In this document: positions 7,266 through 14,101 of the stretch, piece by piece
How the letters are laid out: each line of letters opens with the position of its first letter
How positions within the stretch are numbered: the first letter of the stretch is position 1
From: a virus
Taxonomy: Duplodnaviria; Heunggongvirae; Uroviricota; Caudoviricetes
Strand: one strand, 5' to 3'
Virus record (IMG/VR): IMGVR_UViG_2721755660_000004
DNA length: 45,337 nucleotides
Position numbers and translations under genes: made by a program
The notes under the pieces: generated by a model
Seen by the model: the letters and a program-made list of their open reading frames with translations, nothing else
Databases searched by the model: none
Told to the model about the DNA's origin: nothing

Positions 7266-7973
7266 GTGAACACCGCAATTTTTAACGATAAAGCATCCAT
7301 GACCAGCGTTGAGATCGCAGAGCTGGTGGGTAGTCAGCACTCAGATGTTAAACGTAGTATCGAACGCCTGGTTGCTAAAAACGTCATCCGGAAACCGCCA
7401 ATGGCTGTTTCCGAGAAAATCAATAACTTAGGTTTTAAAGTTCAATATGAGCATTACCTGTTTGAAGGAGAACAAGGTAAGCGCGACAGCATCATTGTCG
7501 TCGCACAGCTCTGCCCTGAATTCACTGCTCGCCTGGTAGATCGCTGGCGCGAACTGGAAGAACAGATCCGTAAGCCAATGAGCGAAATCGAAATGGTTGC
7601 TGCGATGGCTCTTGAAGCCGTTCGTCAGCAAAAACGCCTCGACCAGATGGAAGAGAAAGTCACCCACGTTACTGAAACCGTCGAGCAAATCAAAAGAGGC
7701 ACCATACGCGATGGTTATGCAGGCTATCGTCAGCTGGTGGCGAAAACGGGTATGTCAGATGCGAAATGCCGCAATCCGGTGAACGCATATCAGATCCCTA
7801 CCGACACCCATGAATTTATGACGCCGGATGGATTGTTGTCTCGTCGCGCGATTGTTGCAGTAGAACCCTTCATGTCTGCTTTTCATCGCATGATGAGTGA
7901 AGCAGAACCACGAGGTACTCGCTGGTATCACCCGAAAATGGGGTTGTTCCAGGCGCTGGGCTGGCAGGTGTAA
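7266..7973 (+). CDS. Rha-family phage regulatory protein (235 aa, GTG start)
   Basis: N-terminus matches the Rha pattern (MTSVEIAELVGSQHSDVKRSIERLV). AAGGAGG SD 5 nt upstream of the GTG. Confidence 0.8.
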   Translation: MNTAIFNDKASMTSVEIAELVGSQHSDVKRSIERLVAKNVIRKPPMAVSEKINNLGFKVQYEHYLFEGEQGKRDSIIVVAQLCPEFTARLVDRWRELEEQIRKPMSEIEMVAAMALEAVRQQKRLDQMEEKVTHVTETVEQIKRGTIRDGYAGYRQLVAKTGMSDAKCRNPVNAYQIPTDTHEFMTPDGLLSRRAIVAVEPFMSAFHRMMSEAEPRGTRWYHPKMGLFQALGWQV

Positions 7974-7992
7974 TTATGCTCACAGGTAACAC

Positions 7993-8166
7993 ATGCAAGT
8001 ACTCAATCGCTGGTTCCGTGATGGAAGGGGGCGTCGCGTCCACGTTATACGCTGGGAGCCTGAAACACAGCGGGTTATTTACCTGCGTGATGGTTATCCG
8101 CATGAATGCTTCAGCCCGCTGTGGTTGTTTCGTCGTGATTTTGTTGAGTGTGAAGCACCAGCATAA
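7993..8166 (+). CDS. Small DUF4222-like protein (57 aa, hand-translated: MQVLNRWFRDGRGRRVHVIRWEPETQRVIYLRDGYPHECFSPLWLFRRDFVECEAPA)
   Basis: Below the ORF-track cutoff. It shares its pattern with 1765-2007 and 9475-9699. It replaces the implausible 5' part of the 500-aa track ORF. Confidence 0.5.
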   Translation: MQVLNRWFRDGRGRRVHVIRWEPETQRVIYLRDGYPHECFSPLWLFRRDFVECEAPA

Positions 8167-8229
8167 GCTTGAACTGCTTGAAAAACCTGGATATATCATT
8201 CTGATATCTAGAGTAATGGAGAATGGTAT

Positions 8230-8622
8230 ATGGGAAGAAAAGCAAGGCATCTTGCAAATAAAGAAATCATTAAAGTATTGGCTGAACGCTATCCAGAAAG
8301 CTTCTTTGTTATTCCATACAAAGTGGTTCCGCTTGTTCACGATATCGTTCATGAGCTCTTTGCCGATCTCGGACATATACCTAAGGAATACAAAAACAGC
8401 CTTCGAAGAGCCATCTATCAGTACAAAAGCTCAGATTCATACCTTCAGTCAGTCGCGTTTGGAGAATATCGCCGCAATCTGGCGGGAAATCGTATTGTCA
8501 GAACATCCGTATCTGAACGCGAAGAAGCCAGAGCACAACTCAAAGAACGTGGTATCTGGACTCGTCGTATGGAGCTCTTGTTCAAAGTTAATATGGGTAG
8601 AAAAGAAGCGTCTAATCGCTGA
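8230..8622 (+). CDS. ProQ/FinO-family RNA-binding protein (130 aa)
   Basis: Collinear with the remembered E. coli ProQ N-terminal domain: NKEIIKVLAERYPESF vs SKEVIAFLAERFPHCF; SLRRAIYQYKSSDSYL vs QLRSALRLYTSSWRYL; ...RRNLAGN...EEARAQLKE. GGAG SD 8 nt upstream. Confidence 0.85.
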   Translation: MGRKARHLANKEIIKVLAERYPESFFVIPYKVVPLVHDIVHELFADLGHIPKEYKNSLRRAIYQYKSSDSYLQSVAFGEYRRNLAGNRIVRTSVSEREEARAQLKERGIWTRRMELLFKVNMGRKEASNR

Positions 8623-8671
8623 ATTTTATCAAAACATTGATTCCTTAATTTCGGAACGTTACACTGTTCAG

Positions 8672-8748
8672 GCACCTTATAAAACGGGTGCCGGGATTGG
8701 CGTCCTGAAATTCAATATAGAGCATAACCGCGCTCATGCGGTTTTTTC
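8672..8748 (+). ncRNA. Candidate small RNA (about 75 nt) between a sigma70-like promoter and an intrinsic terminator
   Basis: -35 TTGATT (8637-8642), 17-nt spacer, -10 TACACT (8660-8665). 5' hairpin GGCACC-N10-GGTGCC (8671-8692). Terminator hairpin plus U-tract at 8726-8748. No credible ORF. Confidence 0.35.
8726..8748 (+). terminator. Rho-independent terminator (AACCGC-GCTCAT-GCGGTT + T6)
   Basis: 6-bp GC-rich stem followed by TTTTTT, seen directly. Confidence 0.6.
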
Positions 8749-8914
8749 GTGTCATGAGCATTGCTACGCCCAAATTATGGTGGGGCGTGCAGGGGCATCG
8801 CAAGATGCGCCGGGTTCTATGTTGACCGGTTACGCCAACCCTGTACGTCTCACCACCTCTGTGATTGGCGTCCCATGTGGTGAGTTCTTTGAATTCAACA
8901 TAGGGGCTGTCACC

Positions 8915-9478
8915 ATGACTACTCTCCCAACCCTCTCTCAACCTGAAATTGCGATCGTTGATGGTCAGGCTGTTACATCTTCTTTGGCTGTTGCTGACTT
9001 CTTCTCTAAACGTCATGACGATGTTCTGAAAAAGATCCGCATTTTGGATTGTTCTCCAGAGTTTTGTGCCCGCAATTTTGCGGAGACATCAATTTTGGTA
9101 CACCAGCCCAACGGCGGTACTCGCAAACTTCCTTGCTACCACATCACCCGCGATGGCTTCGCGTTCCTGGCAATGGGCTTTACTGGCAAACGTGCAGCCC
9201 GGTTCAAAGAGGCATACATCAACGCCTTTAACCAGATGGAGAAGAATTTATCTGGTGCTGACGCGGTTGATATGTCAGCTGTTGCACGAAACGCCAGAGG
9301 CGTATACCTGCATTTGCGTGAAATCCATCAAATCTGGAAAAGCCAGCTTTACCCCATGCTTAAGGCCGTTGAATCTCCGCTGGCGAGCAAGCTGTATGAC
9401 CGTGTAGGAGATGCTGTTTTTGGCGCTGCACTTGTTGATTCCAGACTTAATGGTTCTGACAAGGAGGCGCACCCATGA
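8915..9478 (+). CDS. Second Rha-family phage regulatory protein (187 aa)
   Basis: The internal start MTTLPTLSQPEIAIVDGQAVTSSLAVADFFSKRHDDVLKKI is the typical Rha N-terminus. The track's 500-aa ORF upstream of it crosses a terminator and the ProQ-like gene. Confidence 0.75.
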   Translation: MTTLPTLSQPEIAIVDGQAVTSSLAVADFFSKRHDDVLKKIRILDCSPEFCARNFAETSILVHQPNGGTRKLPCYHITRDGFAFLAMGFTGKRAARFKEAYINAFNQMEKNLSGADAVDMSAVARNARGVYLHLREIHQIWKSQLYPMLKAVESPLASKLYDRVGDAVFGAALVDSRLNGSDKEAHP

Positions 9479-9699
9479 TTCGCCGCATCGTTAATTCCCT
9501 GTATCACCGATACAACCGTTGCCCCCGTGTGGGGCAGTGGTTCGCCACCAGCAACGGTCACGTTCTGCGGGTTTGCCTAGTCAACGCTGAAAGCCAGAAA
9601 GTCGTGTGCGAACTACAGGGGCGTAGCTACACCATCAGTTACCCGCTGGCGGTATTTCTGTCTGGAAAAATGTTTAAGCGTCTGGGAGGTGCCGTGTGA
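9475..9699 (+). CDS. Small DUF4222-like protein (74 aa)
   Basis: ATGA overlap with the upstream stop. Same sequence pattern as 1765-2007 and 7993-8166. Confidence 0.6.
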   Translation: MIRRIVNSLYHRYNRCPRVGQWFATSNGHVLRVCLVNAESQKVVCELQGRSYTISYPLAVFLSGKMFKRLGGAV

Positions 9700-10688
9700 G
9701 CCGTTACGCTCCTACACCTGAAGTTATGGCTATTGGCCAACTCAATATTTCTGGCAATGTCACACCAGCGAACTGGTGGAAACATATTCGGCTACCAAGT
9801 GGTCGTCCGGATGCGACTGCCATTGCGCTGCTTTCAGAGATTGTTTACTGGTACCGCCCGACAGAAGTCAGGGATGAGCATACCGGGGCTTTACTGGGAT
9901 ATCGCAAGCGTTTTCAGGGTGACAAGCTGCAAAGAAGCTATCAGGCGTTTGCTGAACAGTTTGGCTTTGGGAAAAGGGAAACCGCAGATGCGCTGAAGCG
10001 TCTTCGTGATGCTGGGTTTATTACTCTGGATTTACGTACGGTGGAAATGCTAGACGGGGTGAAATGCAGCAATATTTTGTTTGTCGGGATCAACCCACAG
10101 GCAATTGCTGCCATCACCACACCTTCTTCTGTTTCGCCAGAAAGTAACAGCAATAACTCAATCAGCGATACAGCTATTACGTTAAAACGGAACACCCCCC
10201 AACGTCATAACGGAACAGGGGATACGCCGAATGTTGATACAAATACAGAGATTACTACAGAGATTACAACGGAGACTAAAAACACTATTGGCGCATCCGC
10301 TGACGCGTCTGCACCAGCGCGTTCTGCCCGACAGGAATATTCACCGGAATTTGAACAGGCCTGGCAGGAATATCCCAAACGTGCTGGTGGCAATTCCAAG
10401 TCAGCAGCCTTCAAAGCCTGGAAAGCCCGTATCAGGGAGGGAATAAAACCGGAGACCATGCTTGATGGTGTGAAGCGGTATTCCGCCTGGGTACGCGCTA
10501 CAGGAAATACCGGCACACAGTTCGTGAAGCAGGCAGCGACGTTCTTTGGCCCCGATCGTCACTTCGAAGAATTCTGGCAACAGCCAGCCGCTCCCGGAGG
10601 TGGGCGACAGCGACAGGTCGATGTCCTGTCTGGCCTTGGTGCCATGTCTGACAAATTCGGTAAATCCAGTGACAAATTGACATTCTGA
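9696..10688 (+). CDS. Replication initiator, O-like / DnaD-type winged-helix protein (330 aa, GTG start)
   Basis: Sits immediately upstream of the DnaC-like and DnaB-like genes. The N-terminal wHTH-like region ends ...KRETADALKRLRDAGFI. A low-complexity linker precedes the C-terminal EFEQAWQEYPKR...AAFKAWKARI motif. Confidence 0.7.
   Translation: MSRYAPTPEVMAIGQLNISGNVTPANWWKHIRLPSGRPDATAIALLSEIVYWYRPTEVRDEHTGALLGYRKRFQGDKLQRSYQAFAEQFGFGKRETADALKRLRDAGFITLDLRTVEMLDGVKCSNILFVGINPQAIAAITTPSSVSPESNSNNSISDTAITLKRNTPQRHNGTGDTPNVDTNTEITTEITTETKNTIGASADASAPARSARQEYSPEFEQAWQEYPKRAGGNSKSAAFKAWKARIREGIKPETMLDGVKRYSAWVRATGNTGTQFVKQAATFFGPDRHFEEFWQQPAAPGGGRQRQVDVLSGLGAMSDKFGKSSDKLTF
10245..10280 (+). 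repeat. Tandem 12-bp repeats ACAGAGATTACT / ACAGAGATTACA / ACGGAGACTAAA inside the initiator linker
   Basis: Seen directly. The repeats encode TEITTEITTETK. Confidence 0.8.
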
Positions 10689-10698
10689 GGTGACAGCG

Positions 10699-11577
10699 AT
10701 GATGACGTTTAACCTGCGTGAACAACAAACAAGACTACAGGCGCGAATGGATGAGTTACGGGCAGAGATTGCATTTGCTCAGAAGGGCGAAAAACCATGG
10801 CCTTATCGTTCCTGCCTGATGCGTGAAGGTCGCGGGTATTGCGAAAAACACGGTAAATACCATACGCATATACTGGTGTGGAGCGATCGCAATGGCGAGG
10901 ACAGAGAAAAAATTTCATGCTGCCCTGACTGCTTGATCGCTGAGGCCAACGATTTGACCATGGAGCTGTCGTCCCTCAAGGCGGAAGAGCTGACTGATAA
11001 CGCCGGAATTGCCCTGCGTTTTCGGGACTGTGAGTTTGATAACTATCTGGAGGTTAATCCTGACGCAGCCAGAAATCTTGCAGCCTGTCGCCGCTATGCG
11101 GAGAACTGGCCAGATATGCTGGAGAACGGCACCAGTCTTGTTATGACTGGCAGTTGCGGTACCGGGAAAAATCATCTGGCGGTATCAATGGCAAAACACA
11201 TCATCCGTAATCATCTGGCCAGCGTGGAGATCACCGACGTGATGCGCCTTACCCGTGCTGTGAAAAACTGCTGGCGGAATGACAGCGAAAAAACAGCGGA
11301 TGAAGTTATTGAGCATTATGCGTCAATGGATTTGCTGATCATCGACGAAGTTGGTGTTCAGTTTGGCAGCGCGGCTGAAATGGCTATTTTGCAGGAAATT
11401 ATCAATGCCCGGTACGAAAGCATCCTGCCCACCATCCTGATCAGCAACCTTTCACCGGAAGAGTTGTGGGCGTTCATCAGCCCCCGCATTGCCGACAGGA
11501 TCACAGACGGGGGACGCAACTGGTTGTCGTTTAACTGGCCCAGCTATCGTGCGCATATTGGAGGTGTGGCTGCATGA
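10699..11577 (+). CDS. DnaC/IstB-like AAA+ helicase loader (292 aa from the ATG at 10699; the track start at 10690 is a GTG)
   Basis: Walker A (GSCGTGKNHL) and Walker B (LLIIDEVG). The N-terminal Cys/His cluster is CEKHGKYH...CCPDC. GAGG SD 8 nt before the ATG at 10699. Confidence 0.85.
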   Translation: MMTFNLREQQTRLQARMDELRAEIAFAQKGEKPWPYRSCLMREGRGYCEKHGKYHTHILVWSDRNGEDREKISCCPDCLIAEANDLTMELSSLKAEELTDNAGIALRFRDCEFDNYLEVNPDAARNLAACRRYAENWPDMLENGTSLVMTGSCGTGKNHLAVSMAKHIIRNHLASVEITDVMRLTRAVKNCWRNDSEKTADEVIEHYASMDLLIIDEVGVQFGSAAEMAILQEIINARYESILPTILISNLSPEELWAFISPRIADRITDGGRNWLSFNWPSYRAHIGGVAA

Positions 11578-12965
11578 CCACTCCAGTATGGCGTAACGAT
11601 GATCTGGAAGGCGCTGTCATTGGCGCGTTTTTTCTGCGTGGGGCAGATCATGAAGTGATGGATATTCTGGCCACACTGCCAGCGGACGTTTTTTCTGTAC
11701 GAGCGTATAGGGATATCTACACAGGCATCTGCCGACAGGCTCGTGTTTCAGGTGTGATTGATCCTGTGCTGCTGTGTAATGAAATGCCGGAACTTGCTCC
11801 GGTGATTACTGATACCGGGCGTAAAAGCTGGGTGAAGTCGTCACTGGAGCACTATGTTGCAGCGTTGCGTCGCAATGCCGCACTGCGTGATGCAGAAAAG
11901 ACGCTGAATGAGGCGTTGCAGAAATTACGTGATGCGCATACCTGTGAAGCAGCTGAAGATGCCCTGAAGGATGCGCAGAACATGATGGCCTCATTGTCGA
12001 TGGAAAAAGGCGCAATTCAGCCGGTACATATTGATGATGTGCTTCCGGAAGTGGTTGACCGTGTTGAATGCCGGAATCAGGGGCTGGAGAAATCCAGGAC
12101 GTTGATGACCGGTATTGATGAACTGGACGCAAAAACAGGCGGCATGGAGCCCGGCGACCTGGTATTTATTGCGGCTCGTCCGTCAATGGGCAAAACCGAA
12201 CTGGCGCTGGATATCATCGACAAAGTGACTGAACAGGGGCGCGGTGTTCTTCTGTTCACAATGGAAATGGCGAACATTCAGATCGGTGAACGCATGGTGT
12301 CTGCTGCCGGAGGAATGCCTGTATCGCGCCTGAAATCTGTCTCTCACTTTGGTGACGAAGACTGGGCGCGTTTCATTAAGGGTGTGGAGCTGATGACCGG
12401 ACGCAATATCTGGATGGTGGACCAGGCGAACCTGACCATTGACGAGATATGCGTAACAACGAAACACCATTTGATTAAACATCCGGAAACGGCACTGGTG
12501 GTGGTTGATTATCTCGGGCTGATAAAAACCCGAACCACGGGGCGTCATGACCTTGCCGTGGGTGAAATCTCAAAGGGGCTTAAAGGCCTGGCAAAATCCG
12601 GCGGATTACCGGTGGTTGCGCTGAGCCAGCTTTCCCGTGGTGTGGAGTCCAGGCCCAATAAACGCCCTATGAACTCAGACCTGAAAAACTCCGGAGAAAT
12701 AGAGGCGGATGCAGACATCATTCTGATGCTTTACAGGGATGAAGTGTACAACCCGGATACGCAGGCCAGAGGCATTGCAGAAATCAATATCACGAAACAA
12801 CGTAACGGTTCTCTGGGGACGATTTACCGACGTTTTTATAACGGACATTTTCTGCCTGTAGACCAGGAAAGCGCGCAGGTTCTTTCCACATCAATGCAGC
12901 CGTCCAGACCGCGCAGATACAGTAACAAACGAACTGACAGCAGTAAGATGGAGCGTTTCTTTTGA
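11574..12965 (+). CDS. DnaB-family replicative DNA helicase (463 aa)
   Basis: Walker A (ARPSMGKTE), a VVVDYLGL Walker-B-like motif, and ALSQLSRGVESR. ATGA overlap with the loader gene. Confidence 0.9.
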   Translation: MTTPVWRNDDLEGAVIGAFFLRGADHEVMDILATLPADVFSVRAYRDIYTGICRQARVSGVIDPVLLCNEMPELAPVITDTGRKSWVKSSLEHYVAALRRNAALRDAEKTLNEALQKLRDAHTCEAAEDALKDAQNMMASLSMEKGAIQPVHIDDVLPEVVDRVECRNQGLEKSRTLMTGIDELDAKTGGMEPGDLVFIAARPSMGKTELALDIIDKVTEQGRGVLLFTMEMANIQIGERMVSAAGGMPVSRLKSVSHFGDEDWARFIKGVELMTGRNIWMVDQANLTIDEICVTTKHHLIKHPETALVVVDYLGLIKTRTTGRHDLAVGEISKGLKGLAKSGGLPVVALSQLSRGVESRPNKRPMNSDLKNSGEIEADADIILMLYRDEVYNPDTQARGIAEINITKQRNGSLGTIYRRFYNGHFLPVDQESAQVLSTSMQPSRPRRYSNKRTDSSKMERFF

Positions 12966-12976
12966 ACAACCAGACA

Positions 12977-12999
12977 ATGACTTTTACCCCTGAACAACT
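12977..12999 (+). pseudogene. 5' fragment (MTFTPEQ...) of a small nin-region ORF interrupted by the IS
   Basis: ATG at 12977. After removing the IS plus one TSD copy (2712 bp, divisible by 3), the reading frame continues at 15704. Confidence 0.5.
12992..12999. repeat. Left copy of the 8-bp target-site duplication GAACAACT
   Basis: Identical octamer flanks the other IS end at 15704-15711. Confidence 0.85.
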
Positions 13000-13084
13000 G
13001 TAAGCGCATCATTTAAACCGTCTTTCGCCTCCCTTTCCTGTTTCCGATACTAATGTCCATTTTCGCAGTAAAAGGACATTTAAG

Positions 13085-13735
13085 ATGAATGCACGAAAGG
13101 CGGTATTGGCAGATAATCCGGAATTGATCCTGCGTGTGCTACAGCTGAGATTTGACGAGTCACTGTCGTACCCGCGCATTTCTGCGCAGACTGGTGTCAG
13201 CAAAACCGCCATTTTTTCTCTGGTGAGGCGATTTCACCAGGTATTCACTGACTGGCCCCTTTCCGGTGAATATTCCTGCGGGCAACTGGCCCGGGCTCTT
13301 TTCCCGGGGCGATATCCTTCAACCCCGACCGTGACTCAGCCTGTGAAAGCAGAGAAACCCCGCCGGAACCGATTTTCACCGGAGTTTAAATGGAGACTTG
13401 TTCAGCGGACTCTTTTACCCGGTGCCTGTGTCGCACAAATAGCTCGTGAGAACGGAATCAACGATAACCTGCTCTTTAACTGGCGGCATCTCTGGCGTAA
13501 CGGCGGCCTGCAGCCGCCCGGCGAACATGAAACATCGCTACTTCCCGTGACGTTAACTCCGGAGCCGGATAATAAAATCCCGGCACCAGTGCAGATACCT
13601 GAACAGATAAATACACTGCCAGACAGTCTGTGCTGCGAGCTGGTTCTGCCGGCCGGAACTCTCAGGCTGAAAGGTGAACTGACACCGGCGTTATTACAGA
13701 CACTTATCCGCGAAATGAAAGGGAGCAGCCACTGA
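13085..13735 (+). CDS. IS66 accessory protein TnpA (orf1; 216 aa, HTH)
   Basis: Contains the IS66 orf1 pattern RFSPEFKWRLVQRTLLPGACVAQIARENGINDNLLFNWR. Confidence 0.85.
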   Translation: MNARKAVLADNPELILRVLQLRFDESLSYPRISAQTGVSKTAIFSLVRRFHQVFTDWPLSGEYSCGQLARALFPGRYPSTPTVTQPVKAEKPRRNRFSPEFKWRLVQRTLLPGACVAQIARENGINDNLLFNWRHLWRNGGLQPPGEHETSLLPVTLTPEPDNKIPAPVQIPEQINTLPDSLCCELVLPAGTLRLKGELTPALLQTLIREMKGSSH

Positions 13736-14082
13736 TGATATCTCTCCCTGCCGGTTCACGTATCTGGCTGGTTGCCGGTATCACCGACATGCGAAATGGT
13801 TTTAACGGCCTGGCATCAAAAGTTCAGAACGTCCTGAAGGATGACCCGTTCTCCGGGCATCTGTTCATCTTCCGCGGACGCCGGGGTGACCAGATAAAAG
13901 TGTTGTGGGCTGACAGCGACGGACTGTGCCTCTTCACCAAACGCCTGGAGCGGGGCCGCTTCGTCTGGCCGGTCACCCGCGATGGAAAGGTTCACCTTAC
14001 TCCGGCTCAGTTGTCCATGCTTCTTGAGGGCATCAACTGGAAGCACCCGAAACGAACGGAACGCGCTGGAATCCGCATATAA
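13735..14082 (+). CDS. IS66 accessory protein TnpB (orf2; 115 aa)
   Basis: Hallmark IS66 orf2 sequence: IWLVAGITDMRNGFNGLASKV...FIFRGRRGDQIKVLWAD..GLCLFTKRLERGRFVWP. Confidence 0.9.
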   Translation: MISLPAGSRIWLVAGITDMRNGFNGLASKVQNVLKDDPFSGHLFIFRGRRGDQIKVLWADSDGLCLFTKRLERGRFVWPVTRDGKVHLTPAQLSMLLEGINWKHPKRTERAGIRI

Positions 14083-14101
14083 CCCGATGTAAAGTGAGGA
14101 T

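Noticed and set aside
6494-7300. Minus-strand 268-aa ORF antisense to the gene called at 6482-7228
   Set aside because: - It has no SD at the long starts.
- It has no terminator before colliding with cro, and its first ATG overlaps the rha start.
- The plus ORF fits the operon: GGAGG SD, and a start 1 nt after the cro stop.

The decision is not firm; see the finding at 6482-7300.
7870-8376. Minus-strand 168-aa ORF
   Set aside because: It is antisense to the rha 3' end, the small DUF4222-like ORF and the ProQ-like gene. It has no SD, and its composition is odd (Phe/Ser/Cys/Ile-rich).
7976-9478. 500-aa ORF from the track taken as a single gene
   Set aside because: - The N-terminal 300 aa look non-protein-like.
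- The frame crosses the ProQ/FinO gene (a different frame) and an intrinsic terminator at 8726-8748.
- Only the last 187 aa, a Rha-type protein from the ATG at 8915, are credible.
10233-10239. Extra copy of the operator core TTGATAC inside the initiator gene
   Set aside because: A 7-mer is expected several times by chance in 45 kb counting both strands. The extended 12-mer context is not present.
13009-13212. Minus-strand 67-aa ORF at the left end of the IS
   Set aside because: It lies within the IS66 inverted-repeat/leader region and overlaps the tnpA start. No support.
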